Origin: Octopus vulgaris
Lineage: Eukaryota
Assembly (NCBI GenBank): GCA_951406725.2
Contig: OX597819.1
Location: 86,924,001 to 86,988,000 of the forward strand
DNA length: 64,000 nt
Direction of reading: 5' to 3'
The notes under the pieces were generated by a model that made no database searches, was not told the origin of the DNA, and saw only the letters and a program-made list of their open reading frames with translations. The number at the start of each line of letters is the position of its first letter. Position 1 is the first letter of the stretch. Below, in pieces: positions 53,334 to 64,000 of the stretch. The position numbers were made by a program, and so were the translations under genes.

Positions 53334-53479
53334 AATGAATGTGTATATATATATGTATATGTGTGTGTGTACACATGTATGTATGTACTACGTACATAAG
53401 TTCGTATGGATGATTTGTAACAGCTGGCACCTCGAAACTGGCTATTCAAATTTCACATAAAGTTCGAATAATCAGATGT

Positions 53480-54450
53480 CGGATCTTTTCATTTGTGAAG
53501 CCAGTTTTTCCAAATTTTTCCTACTGAACCAAACAATTTGAAACTTCGTATACTGGTAGAATGTGTCAAAAGTAAACTTAATTGTAAACCAGAATGAAAA
53601 CGGAATTGTGACTTCTAAGTTTAACATTGTTTAATAATTATAATTTTAACCAATGGTATTCCGTCTTTCGGCTTCATATTATTTACTCCGTCTCGACCAC
53701 CAATTTGGTGACGTAGTAAACATATGGTATGTAAACAAATGTAAACAAAACAATAACGATGAAATGTTTTACTCGGTGTATGTGTATATGTATGAATGTA
53801 TGTATGTATGAATGTATGTATGTATGTGTGTGTGTATGTATCTATGTATGTGTGTGTGTGTGTGTATGTGTGTGTATGTATGTGTGTGTATGTATGTATG
53901 TATGTATGTATGTATGTATGGCCGATTCAGTGTTTAGTTTTTTCGAGTGAATACTCGGTGTATGTGTATCTGTATGTATGTGTGTGTGTGTGTATGTATG
54001 TATGTGTGTGTATGTATGTGTGTGTGTGTATGTATCTATGTATGTATGTGTGTGTATGTATGTGTGTGTGTGTGTGTGTATCTATGTGTGTATGTGTGTG
54101 TGTCACACATGTATGTATTGCCGATTCAGTGTTTAGTTTTTTCGAGTGAATACTCGGTGTATGTGTATCTGTATGTATGTGTGTGTGTGTGTATGTATCT
54201 CTACGTCACAAAACTGCTTTCTACGTCACACTAACAGAATGCAGTAACGTATTAAATATGAAAACAAGCAATCTCATTGGTTAAAATTCGCAGTTTTAAT
54301 CTACGATTAAAGTCATAAAATAGATTTTTCTCAAATAAACTAGTTCCAACCTGTGTCTTGTTTTGAAACACTGTACCAGCATACGAAGTTTCAAATTATT
54401 TAGTTAAGTAGAAAGATCTGGGCTCCTGGCCACACAATTGAAAAGATCCC
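53480..54450. mobile_element. Foldback/MITE-like element with about 90-bp imperfect terminal inverted repeats
   Basis: Left arm ggatcttttcatttgtg...aatttgaaacttcgtatactggtagaatgtgtcaaaa; right arm ttttgaaacactgtaccagcatacgaagtttcaaatt...cacaattgaaaagatccc. Confidence 0.75.
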
Positions 54451-54986
54451 AGATGTCAAGTGGCAGGTGTCACAATCATAAATAACGCTCTACTTTTTGT
54501 ATTGAGCACTGTTTTACCCTTCTGGTCAATACTTACGACTACTGACAAAAACGGTACAACAACGGCGCTTTATGTTTTACATAAACACCAGGCACTCGCA
54601 AATGCGCGGACAACTGATGAAGGGAATGTTCCTTATGTTGCATGTCTCGTTTCTGTTTGCTTGTTTTTTTCGTTCTTCGAAAAAAGTTCGTTTTCTATGT
54701 TTTTTATGTTCTCGTTTCTCATTTTGCCTATGTTTTTTATATGTCCTGTACCGACATATGCATTTATATATACATATATATGTAGGTATATACATACATG
54801 TATGTATATATGAATATATTTATATATCATTTATATTATTATTATATGTGTGTGTGCGTGCGTGCGTGTGTCTCTGTGTGTGTGTATGTGTGTGTGTGTG
54901 TGTGTGTAAGAGGAAAATCAAAACCAAAGCAGAACGAGTATCTCAAGTCATTTAGAATAATTTAATTGGGGTAAGGTGAATTTGAA

Positions 54987-55062
54987 GCCTTACACCTGTT
55001 TCGGAGATAGCGCAACTGGCTGGTTAACATGTCCGTGCACTGGTTATACCCTCATCAGAGAC
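54987..55062 (-). ncRNA. Type I hammerhead ribozyme-like motif (Penelope-associated minimal type)
   Basis: Minus strand GUCU-CUGAUGA-GGGUAUA...UAUCUCC-GAAA-CAGGUG-UA-AGGC. Both core boxes are intact; stem I GUCU/AGGC, stem II closed by G-C, near-palindromic stem III. Confidence 0.7.
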
Positions 55063-55150
55063 AAGGTTTGAATATTTTAGACGGGGAAAATTTACAGTTT
55101 ACAAGGAATAAAATTCACAGTTTATAAATGCTCATAGTACACCTTATACT

Positions 55151-55190
<40 letters not shown>

Positions 55191-55339
55191 AAAGATCTAG
55201 CACTTGACACAGGAGTACGTACGGAATAACGCGAATACGCATACATAAGCGCTGACATACTTAAGCCCCTCATCAGATATCGGCCAAATATCACCAGAAT
55301 TTCGACACCATGTGTGTGCATGCGTGCGTGCTTGTGTGT

Positions 55340-55398
<59 letters not shown>

Positions 55399-56030
55399 TG
55401 TGTGTGTGTGCCAAAATATAATGCAGTAAAGACAAAGACCCCACGGCGTAAATCCAGATATCAAAATAAAAGTATTGTGCACTCGATGTTACGTAGAAAA
55501 AAATCCCACTTTATTAACACTCACTACTTAGTAGGAAGTAGGAAACAAAAGCACCTAGCGGCAATTGTTAGATACACACAAAGGCAAGAGGAGATAATTT
55601 CAGGAAATTAATAATTAATCTCTCGAAGTTAATTTAGTTACTTAGAGTAAGGAATGTTAGTTCTTTCCTTGCAGGCAAGGGACGTTTGTGCTCATATGTG
55701 TAAATGTGTATGCATGTATGTATGTATGTATGTATGTATGTATGTATGTATGTATGTATGTATGTATGTATGCATGCATGCATGTATGTATGTATGTATG
55801 TATGTATGTATGTATGTATGTATGTATGTATGCATGTATGTATGTATGTATGTATGTATGTATGCTTTTCGTATACTCCTACAAGTGCGGTTTCTTAAAA
55901 AAGAGCGGATCGTTGTCAGGTCTACTTCATTTCAACAAACAACTTTATCTGTTCATCTAATTTATGATCTGCTTTCACCAGTTTTCACTTCATCTCTCCG
56001 TTTCTCTTTCTCTCTTTATAAATCTATATC

Positions 56031-56137
<107 letters not shown>

Positions 56138-57103
56138 GATATGTATATATATATATATATATGTTAATAAAATATATGCATATATATAAACATATATGTA
56201 CGTACCTACCTCTACATGTACATATACACGCATATATGTGTACAGGACACCAAAAGGACGTCGAACACATAGAGAGACGAAAAACATAGACACAAACCAA
56301 GGAACAAGACAAGCAAAAAAAAGGAGATACAGGACAATAAGCACAACGAAAAATCCCCTTCTTCAGTCGCTAAAGTTTCATCTACTAAACGTTTCGAAGG
56401 ATAAAAGCGAGACGTATACTTCGAATGAAAAATTCCTTCCTGCGAAAAGCAAATCAATTAAAATTCTGAGATCTTGTCGCAGAGGGGTAAAAAAAGCAAG
56501 ACGGTAACGACAGTACAAACATATAAACAGTGGAAAAATAAATATATAACAGTGAGAGACAGGACAAGGAGAACAAGATAAGAAGGGCTGTTAACGCCAG
56601 ACGAAAAAAGTATTGCAAACGCTGGATTATAGTGGACGACGAGAGAGGAAGATGTCGACCAGTGGCCTTAGAAGGCAGGTGAGAAAAGACGGGATAGCAG
56701 TTACGACGGAAGTACGTCGCAGATGGACGACGGGAATGGGGGAGGAGGAGCAAGAGGAAGAGAGAGAAGAAGGGGAATGGTGCGAGGAGACCATGAAGAA
56801 CAGTGAGGGGGAGAGAGAGGAAGAGACAAGTTAAGTGAGGGAAAAAAGACGAAAAAGGGAATGGGAGAGAAAGAAGGAAAGAAAGATGCAGAGTCGCGTG
56901 AGAGTTAATATCAAGGCGAACTTGATAAACAGAACAATCTTACTTAATAGGGTGCGTGCGTTATGCAAACAAGAAAATAGAACTTAAAATATGAGTTTAT
57001 GTATATTCTTATTTTTGTGTGTTTCTATATGTGTATATTTTTGCGCGATTGTATGTATTTGTGTGTGTGTGTGTGTGTATGTGCTTCTGTGTGTGTGTGT
57101 ATG

Positions 57104-58276
57104 TTGCGTCATCCCATAAATAATGCGGTTTATCATTTGCATGAACCAAAAGCCGTAAGGGAGTGGGATAAACTACCTGCATCAACTTGCTATAAAAGCA
57201 GGCATTTTTCCAAAGCTATACTGGAAGTGGCAAAGGAACATATTCGGCATATTTTACTTTATGAGTTCAATCAAAACAACAACGCAAGGGCAAGTGCGAG
57301 GAATATTATTGCAGTTTATTGGACAGTAAGCGTAAGCCAGTGTCAACGGTGGTTCCAGAATTTCCGAGCCGGAAACTAAAGCTTAGAAGTCGAGCCTCGT
57401 CCTGGAAGATCTGTAGAGCTCGACGAGGACGTCCTACAAACCTTGGTAAAACAAAATCCCATCGTGACTGTTGAGGAACTAGCAGAGAAGGTTGGATTTG
57501 CTCATTCAACCATTCATCGACAGTTGCGTGCTATCGGAAAAGTCAGCAAATTGGGTCAATGGGCTCCTCACAAACTTTCCCAGTCTAATCGCGTGCGGAG
57601 AGTGAATGTGTGCACTTCTTTGCTGTCACGTCTCACGAATTAATCTTTTTTGGACCGAATAGTGACAGGTGACGAGAAATGGGTTCTTTATAAAAATGTT
57701 AAGCGCTGAAGACAGTGGATAGGGAACGGAGAAACACGGGCACTCCAAGCTAAAGAAGGTCTTCACCCACATAAGGTGTTGTTATCTGTTTGGTGGTATA
57801 TGAAAGGTTCAGTCCACTTTGAACTTTTAAAACCAAACCAAACGATCTGCTGCGAGTAGCTTGAGCGGCTTAAGTCAGCGATAGAAGAAAAACAACCATC
57901 TTGGGGTTCAAGACGAAAGGTGTTCTTCCCATCAGGATAATACTCGGCCATATACAGCGAGGATGACATCCCAAAGACTGGAGCAGTTTGCTGGATATTA
58001 CCCCATCTGATTATCATTTATTCCGCAATGTTCAAATTCATTTGGACGAAAAAATATGAATTCTGTAGACGTGGTCAGTACAGTGCTTGAGGAGTATTTT
58101 TCCTAATGTACAATTGAATTTTGGAAGAGAAGCCTTGCAAGTCTACCAGGTAGATGGAAAAGCATTATAGAAAATGAAGGAGAATATAATTTAGATTAAA
58201 AAAGAACTTTGTTTATCTCAATTTTGAAAAATGAAAGACGTATAAAAAAAAACGCATTATATATGAGATGACCCAA
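57104..58276 (+). mobile_element. Full-length decayed mariner (DD34D-type) with both TIRs
   Basis: TIRs ttgcgtcatcccataaataatgcg / cgcattatatatgagatgacccaa|TA. Motifs HIRHILLYEF, QRWFQNFRAGN, WAPHKLS, IVTGDEKWVLY, HQDN, PSDYHLFR, with multiple stops. Confidence 0.92.
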
Positions 58277-58324
58277 TATGTGTGTGTATGTATACATACA
58301 TACATACATACATACATACATACA

Positions 58325-58384
<60 letters not shown>

Positions 58385-58385
<1 letters not shown>

Positions 58386-58447
58386 ATATTATATTATATT
58401 ATATTATATTATATTATATTATATTATATTATATTATATTATATTAT
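58385..58447. repeat. (ATATT)n pentanucleotide repeat following (TACA)n/(TA)n
   Basis: Directly visible. Confidence 0.9.
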
Positions 58448-59108
58448 ATATATTGAAGTTAGCGTCTTCAACACATTTAATGCGAGACTAAGTAATTCCT
58501 GAGCAGTAAAACAAAACCGTTTCTTGACCAACTTGGATTTCATCCTCACAAACAATTTTATCATATACGATGAGAAATATTTTTTGAACGTCATATCAGA
58601 ATCGGTGAAAAATATACATCTCGTTACATTATCACTGACAAGCATACAGTACACATGTTTGAATTTCCTCAAAAGACATTCTTAAAATAAAGATCGCCAA
58701 ATACTTCTGACAAATGATAGCTAAAATGAAGCAAATGTCTTTGAGGTCTTTACGATATCGAGATAACGCTGTCTGTAACATAACGTGCGATATATGCTCG
58801 AAACATATCTGATGTTTATATCTTAATGTATTATATCCATATGTGTTTAGATATATGATACGTGACAATGTCTTCATATTAATTAATGTTTTTAAAACCT
58901 GGCACAATAAACGTTTATCATTATTTTTTCTTCTTTTTTTTCTGAAATAACCATGCTATTTACACATACTAACAAAATCTATTTTTATAAAAATGAAGGT
59001 GAGCCAATTTCATGATACACAAACACACGCGCACACACACATACACACACACAGACGCGCACACCAACACAGACAGACAAATAAATAGATAGATAGACAG
59101 AAAGAAAG

Positions 59109-59174
<66 letters not shown>

Positions 59175-59473
59175 GTGGTATAATGTGGCTCCCTCGTTCA
59201 CATCGTATGTTATTGTCGGTACTGTAATATTCTCGTTGTCACTATTATGTCGTAGCGGTATTACGCTTTTTGTTATCTTTGACTCGTCTATCGTGCTATC
59301 GCTGATACCTCCGCAAGACAATGACTTGAAACGTCTACCTTCACGGTAACTCGAACTCGTATAAAACACATAACTGACACTGTCTCCATCTAAGACATAT
59401 ATATGGATGATGCTCTGCATTGTTAACCAGATAGAGATGTCCTTTCGGGGTTAAAAAATCGCAGTAGAGTCCG

Positions 59474-59598
<125 letters not shown>

Positions 59599-60009
59599 TG
59601 TGTGTGTGTATATGTATGTATATATATATATAAAACGAAAGAGAGAGAGAGAGAGAGAGCAAATATTCAGGAGTGTATATTTATATAGATATTATTATTA
59701 CTTTTATTATCAAGGGCAATATAAATAATTGATAGTAATATCAATATTAATATAAGTGGCTGCAGACCTAAATTAGTATTATATAGCCATATATAATGAG
59801 GGTTTTAACTCTTCTGTCAAGCAGGCGGGCACTTTCGTGTGCCCTTATGATGTGGATTTTATATATATTCGTACAGAGAGTTTGTGCATGCACATGAAAG
59901 AATATATCCACAATAAATGAGATGATAACTAATTTGCATGACTATATATGTGAAATTTGTTTTTACGCTGTGCATGTGTGTGTGTGTGTGTGTGTGTGTT
60001 TGTGTGTGT

Positions 60010-60375
60010 AAGAGGGGGCTGAAGACTGATCTTTGGTGAACCCTTACTTCTACAAAGAATTCTTCACTATACTTGTTGCCAAGCTTCACCTAACTGACAA
60101 CGTCCCTGTACATGGCTTGTACAGCTCTCACCAACCACTCATCTATCCCTAGTTTCCACATTGATCACCATATAAGGGTGACTTTCATTACTTGATCCAA
60201 CAATTTGATACCTCCAATCTAATGCGTCACATTTACCTTTGTAGCAGTTGACTATGGTGCTGCTACACCAGTCATTGAATATGACTCCTTCATGTATCAC
60301 CTGGTTTACAATACGGATGACTAGACCATAGCCTACACTCCCGGATATTTTGAGCATCTCAGCAGTGATTCCTGA
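60010..60375 (-). mobile_element. RTE LINE reverse-transcriptase fragment with internal deletion
   Basis: SGITAEMLK...NDWCSSTIVNCYKGKCDAL...EEFFVEVRVHQRSVFSPLL (consensus VGVHQGSVLSPLL). Confidence 0.85.
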
Positions 60376-60381
60376 TGTATG

Positions 60382-60424
<43 letters not shown>

Positions 60425-60462
60425 CTTAGTATGTATATATTTATATAACTTAGTATGTATGA

Positions 60463-60850
60463 CCGTAGCCAGTACCGCATCGACTGGCCTCCGTGCTGAG
60501 GGCACGTAACAAACACCATCCGAGCGTGGCCGTTCGCCAGCCTCGTCTGGCACCTGTGTCGGTGGCACATAAGAAAACACCATCCGAGCGTGGCCGTCTG
60601 TCAGCCTCGTCTGGCACCTGTGTCGGTGGCACATAAAAAACACCATCCGAGCGTGGCCGTCTGCCAGCCTCGTCTGGCACCTGTGTCGATGGCACATAAA
60701 ATCACCCACTACACTCTCGGAGTGGTTGGCGTTAGGAAGGGCATCCAGCTGTAGAAACACTGCCAGATCTGACTGGCCTGGTGCAGCCTTCGGGCTTGCC
60801 AGACCCTAGTTGAACCGTCCAACGATGATGATGATGATGATGATGATGAT
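60463..60850 (+). repeat. GC-rich retroposon 3' region with three 63-64-bp tandem units and a (GAT)n tail
   Basis: Units start at 60501, 60564 and 60628, with a partial unit at 60691; followed by ggttggcgttaggaagggcatccagctgtagaaac and (gat)n. Confidence 0.85.
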
Positions 60851-60871
60851 ATATATATATATTTGTATATA

Positions 60872-61010
60872 ACTTAGCGGTTCGGCAAGAGAGACCGATA
60901 GAATAAGTACTAGGCTTACAAAGAATAAGTTCTGGGTTCGATTTGCTCGAGTAAAGGCGGTGCTCCAGCATGGCCGCAGTCAAATGGCTGAAACAAGTAA
61001 AAGAATAAAA
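60872..61010 (+). mobile_element. SINE family B tail
   Basis: acttagcggttcggcaagagagaccgatagaataagtac...gctgaaacaagtaaaa. Confidence 0.85.
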
Positions 61011-61019
61011 GAATATGTA

Positions 61020-61099
<80 letters not shown>

Positions 61100-61399
61100 C
61101 ATATATATATATACATGTATGTATGTATGTATGTATGTATGTATGTATGTATGTATGTATGTATCAGGCAATGACGAAGACTTTTGGCATTATGTCGTGC
61201 TTGAGAAGACTCATCAAGCCGAGCACAACTGCAGTCGTAAGTACCGGTGTCACACAAATGGACATCCATGCTGCTGGCATGTAAAGTCTATAGAGATGTC
61301 AATGTGTGTTAAACTCATTATATCAGCTTTAGACTTCTCTCGTAGTAACCTCCAAGTACAGTTTGAAAGATTGGGGATAAAATTCAATCTTGTCTCAGA

Positions 61400-62600
61400 C
61401 TTACGCATACTTGAAGCGAATCCGAGAAGTGGCAAAGGTTCAATCAGCTACAATCTTATAGTCTACGTCTGTCATGGGCAAATTGCGAACTTTCTGAATG
61501 CCACGCCGGCCGAAAAATTACCTTAATTTTTTTTTTAGTAGTGTGGCTCGCCTAATGATGAGTCAAGTATCAAGCAGCCCCAAAAGTTTCTCCCTGCCTT
61601 GTTTACACCTACTGCAATCATATCTTCCATTCAAACTTCATGCAAGTCGTGTCGAAGACAGCTAAGAAATAAATAAAGTTGAAGTGTAAGAACACTCGGT
61701 GATGTTTTTATTTTATTCTCCATCGGCCAGTCTGTCTATAAAAACCATTCCTCTGCTAACATCAACCGTTCCTCTACTTTGTCTAAAACTGAACTTACCC
61801 TCTCCTATATGAGTTTTATTTTTTCCCTGTCAAGTAACATTTTCCTGAACACTTTGTTTGCTACCGACAAGAGAGAAGCCACCTTGTAATACTAGTTTTG
61901 TTTGTTTGTTTGTACGTTTCTTGTCATACTTCCTGCAAAACGGTGTGGCCAGTACACACGAGCTCATTCTTTTATTGTCTTTTCTGTCTTCCATACACTA
62001 TGTTAAATATCACGTGTAACATATCAACCACACGGTCTTGTCATGTTTTCTATTCTTCAGCAATGGTGACATCAATGATTCGTCATTCTTATTACTGCCT
62101 TTTCTATTTCTCCTTTTGATATTTCTGTACAAATGTCTATATCAGATGGAGCATTCGTGATTTTTAATAGTGCTTTCATGTCGTGCGGGAGTTAAGGGGT
62201 TATTAAGTTATTCAAAATTTTTTTTGCAATATCGGACTACCTCGCTTGTGTTCATTGTTTTTCACCGACTGACTTGGAAAGATTATGACAGTGACTGTTC
62301 AGTATCTTTTAAATTCTATTCTATCTTCTAAGGCCTCTGCTTTCGTATTTTTATTACTTTATTACACGGAACTTTTTTATGGTTCGCCTTTGAGAACATC
62401 GTCCGACATCTTCAAACTTTCTGATCCGGTTCTCCAATTTCTTCCCACATTGTCTCTGTTTCTGAAGATTAGGCCAGTTACTTCTTTTCAAGCTTTCAGA
62501 CCGACAGTTTCTGCGACTTTGACTATTGTTTCTTTAAACGATGTAAACACCTGTTCTCTTGTTATCCGTTTCGAGATGTAGCGAAAGTATGAAAGCGCCT
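61400..62600 (-). mobile_element. Heavily decayed LINE RT (RTE-like)
   Basis: Minus strand YYKVASLLSVANKVF (consensus NYRGISLLSVAGKVF) and FSFRQSRGTVD (consensus GFR..RGT.D). Boundaries uncertain. Confidence 0.45.
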
Positions 62601-62753
62601 CCTGTCTATATTTCAAACTTTCGAGTTTGGTCTCTATCAGCATTTTTATTTACATCGTACATACATATATACATACATACATACATGCATACATAATGAT
62701 GTAACCATACACACACACGCACACATAAATATGTATGTGTGTGTGTTTGTGTA

Positions 62754-62795
<42 letters not shown>

Positions 62796-63024
62796 AAACA
62801 GATAGACAGATGTATACATACACAAACACATAAGCACAAACATGCAAATATCCACATACGCGCACGCGCACACACACACTCACACGCACACACACACTCA
62901 CACGCACACACACACGGACATATAAGATTATACAAAGCTGATCTATGAGAAATAACACTGAGTTCCCAGGGGCATGAGTTTGAAGAATGGAGACGTGTCT
63001 TTGTGACTTGTTTACCCTCCATTA

Positions 63025-63580
63025 TTTGACAACCGGTATTGTTTTGTTTACGTCCCCGTAATTTAGCGGTTCAGCAAAAAAAAAAAAAACATAGAAGTAG
63101 TAGACTTTTAAAAAGTACCACGGTCGACTAAAACCCTTCAAAGCGATGCTCCTGCCTGGCCTCAATCCAATGACTGAAACAAGTAAGACGGTGATAAGAA
63201 GCTTACTTCCCAACCACATAGCTCCGGGTTCAATCCCACTGCGTTGCACTTTGAGCAAGTGTCTTCTACTATAGCCTCGGACTGAGCTAAGTCTTGTAAG
63301 TGGATTTGATAGATGGAAACTGAAAGAAGCCCGTCGTATGTGTGCGTGCGTGTTTGTGTCTGCCTTTGTGTTAGTATTTGCCCCCCCCCCCCCAATTACA
63401 CACACACACCGCTTGACAACCTGTGCTGGTGTGTTTGCGTCCCCGTAGCTTAAAGGTTTGGCAAAAGAGACCGATAGAATAAGTACTAGGGTCGACACAT
63501 TCGACAAAAGATTCTTCAAGACGGTGCTCCAGCATGGCCGCAGTCTAATGGCCGAAACAAGTTAAAGATAAAAGATAAAA
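63025..63580 (+). mobile_element. SINE family B tail followed by a near-full SINE B copy
   Basis: gtttacgtccccgta...gactgaaacaagtaa, then ccgggttcaatcccactgcg...gccgaaacaag. Confidence 0.85.
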
Positions 63581-63724
63581 CGACATAAGCACAACTGGAG
63601 ATTAGTGCTCCGTCTCTCGGCGTTTTCCTTCTCTTTAAACTGTATATTTTTAAACGATATTTTGCAGCGAATACGTTTTCAAAAGTGTAGATTACATAAC
63701 GCAGATGTTTCAATCATATTAATA

Positions 63725-63910
63725 GTGGTTTCGAATTATGGCACTGGGCCAGCCGTTTTTGAGAAGCGAGGGAAGTCGATTGCATCATCTCTAGTACTTG
63801 ACTGCTACTGAGTTTATTTTATCGATTCACGAAAGGATGAAAGGCAAGGCCGACGCCGGCGAAATTTGAACTCAGAACGTAAATGCCGCTCAGCATTTTC
63901 CCTAGTGTGC
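63725..63910 (-). mobile_element. SINE family A (reverse)
   Basis: gaaaggatgaaaggcaaggccgac...atttgaactcagaacgtaa. Confidence 0.75.
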
Positions 63911-64000
63911 AAAGTCTAAGATGCAAAGGGTATGGAACTTGAAGGTGATAAAGTTAGGATGGGTGGCTCCAGAACTCACTCCAAATATTTTTTTGTTTTT

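Noticed and set aside
53770-54190. Repeat-spacer array resembling CRISPR
   Set aside because: The spacers are simple TG/TATG microsatellite and there are only two full constant units.
59170-59420. Minus-strand ORF as the missing SLC7 N-terminal exon
   Set aside because: No TM1 G[TS]xIG motif and no suitable donor; it runs into (CA)n.
60501-60705. CRISPR array
   Set aside because: Units are contiguous near-identical tandem repeats with no unique spacers, no cas genes, and a eukaryotic context.

Overview
AT-rich, microsatellite-dense eukaryotic DNA. The SINE families and the (TA)n/(CA)n/(TATG)n load look like a coleoid cephalopod, probably Octopus; this is an inference from repeat style only. 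The only host gene I can support is two minus-strand coding exons (11511-11612 and 7549-7812) of an SLC7 light-chain amino-acid transporter, b(0,+)AT/SLC7A9-like. They splice in frame with GT-AG sites. I could not find its other exons, so much of the window may be intronic. The rest is mobile DNA: R4/Dong-type RLE LINEs sitting in (AAT)n, RTE and CR1 fragments, Penelope-like remnants, at least three tRNA-derived SINE families, mariner and Tc1 fossils (one with DD36E spacing), MITEs and a probable LTR. Most ORFs in the supplied track are microsatellite artefacts. I found no new protein-coding system. The best leads are a near-canonical hammerhead ribozyme at 54987-55062 (-) with several degenerate or permuted hammerhead-like motifs, microsatellite-targeted retroelements (AAT for R4/Dong, TA for an RTE and a short partner sharing its tail), the DD36E Tc1, and an inverted SINE pair that could form dsRNA. 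Repeat boundaries were read by eye and are approximate unless TIRs or TSDs are cited.
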